A stretch of DNA of 64,000 nucleotides from Pecten maximus (Eukaryota). The notes below the pieces were generated by a model that was not told the DNA's origin, made no database searches, and saw only the letters and a program-made list of their open reading frames with translations. Shown one piece after another: positions 63,051-64,000 of this stretch. Numbering within the stretch: position 1 is the first letter of the stretch; each line of letters starts with the position of its first letter. Position numbers and translations under genes: made by a program. The stretch is from positions 2,480,001-2,544,000 of the forward strand of contig NC_047016.1 in NCBI RefSeq assembly GCF_902652985.1. The letters are read 5' to 3'.

Positions 63051-64000
63051 GAAAAGAAAATAGCATAAAATTTTGCGAGGACTTGAAATTGTTGCCATTA
63101 TCTGGTACATTTCCTACTTGTAAATGTGAAGGTGACAAACTGTACACTATACGTGGTCAGAGGAGGAAACAGAGGAGGAAACAGAGGAGGTTTCAGTGCA
63201 ACAAATCTAACTGTAAAAAGAAAAACCCAAAATCATGTACTGTTGAGAAAAAATATGTGGTTTGATGGTGGACACCTTTCTCTCTGAGTATTTTATTAAT
63301 ATACTGTTTTGTAAATATGTTTAGTTATGATATCACTATACAGGAAACACCCTCGTGTAAGAGTTTGGCTGGCCAGCACTCGGCAAGCCTCGTGCTGACT
63401 GGCCAAACTCTTACACTCTGGTTGAGATATCCCTGTCCACGGAACAGACCCATGATAGATTCTATTATTCATCTGCATCAGAAGTAGACACAGATGTGGA
63501 AGTGCAGACAGCAGTTAAAAACATAAGTTTGAGACTTCCTCAGAAACTCTGATTACTATAATTACTGCCATTATATATGTTCCGAAAAAGGTAAAAAGCA
63601 GCAGCCAGAAAAAAAAATTGGGGGATCAGGCACAATTGTTGAAATTGATGAGGCAAAATTTGGAAAGCGTAAATACAATCGTGGCCGTATAGTGGAAGGG
63701 ACCTGGGTTTTAGGTGGAATCTGCAGAGACACAAGAAACGGGACCTCCTACTCTGACCTGTCAATGCTTGGTTATACTCATATCAAAGAAAAGAAACACT
63801 TAGTCAAATACATGTGGAGGTGCATGAGATACTGATCCAATTTGTTTGAAACTTTCCTAATGGATGCCTCAAAATACACATACAACACATAAAAGCAAGG
63901 TAAATATATTTCCCTTAATGTGTATGCAACCTAATTTCAGTTTGAGTTGGGGGTGCAAAAGGAAGTCTTACCTACAGGGTACAGTCATATTTATCAGACA
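63051..64000 (+). mobile_element. Merlin/IS1595 remnant copy 2 plus flanking intron; duplicate of ~59841-61803 with an internal deletion
   Basis: Near-identical to copy 1, including the non-transposon flank; lacks ~60132-61077. Confidence 0.85.

Overview
Eukaryotic, AT-rich, intron-containing DNA, most likely from a bivalve mollusc such as a scallop (inferred from the repeat families present). About 40% of the window is made of more than 25 unrelated, locus-specific minisatellite arrays with 20-60 bp units, and these generate most of the long ORFs in the track. Five host genes can be rebuilt by hand from GT-AG splice sites with consistent phases. (1) A minus-strand gene encoding a Cys-rich Ly6/uPAR-like domain plus a Thr/Pro mucin stalk (exons ~20.6 kb to 1.2 kb, continuing toward the left edge). 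(2, 3) Two tandem paralogs of an unrecognised basic protein family, each with a single coding exon (22564-23754, 33296-34339); they share N- and C-terminal blocks and an RVxF-type motif. (4) A complete three-exon secreted protein with DWNW/Pro-Thr repeats and a variant WAP domain (46592-52495). (5) The 3' part of a minus-strand gamma-glutamylcyclotransferase-fold gene that apparently lacks the catalytic Glu. Mobile elements include Helentron-type HINEs, two CR1-like LINE fragments, a decayed DIRS1 retrotransposon, a TTAA-flanked Kolobok-type MITE, a V-SINE-like fragment, two Merlin/IS1595 remnants and a long-hairpin element. The most striking pattern is that several arrays are local amplifications of functional junctions: ~120 copies of an exon end plus its splice donor, 15 copies of a splice acceptor, and amplified pieces of transposon ORFs. 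The 62.2-63.05 kb stretch looks like uncorrected read sequence joining two haplotypes.
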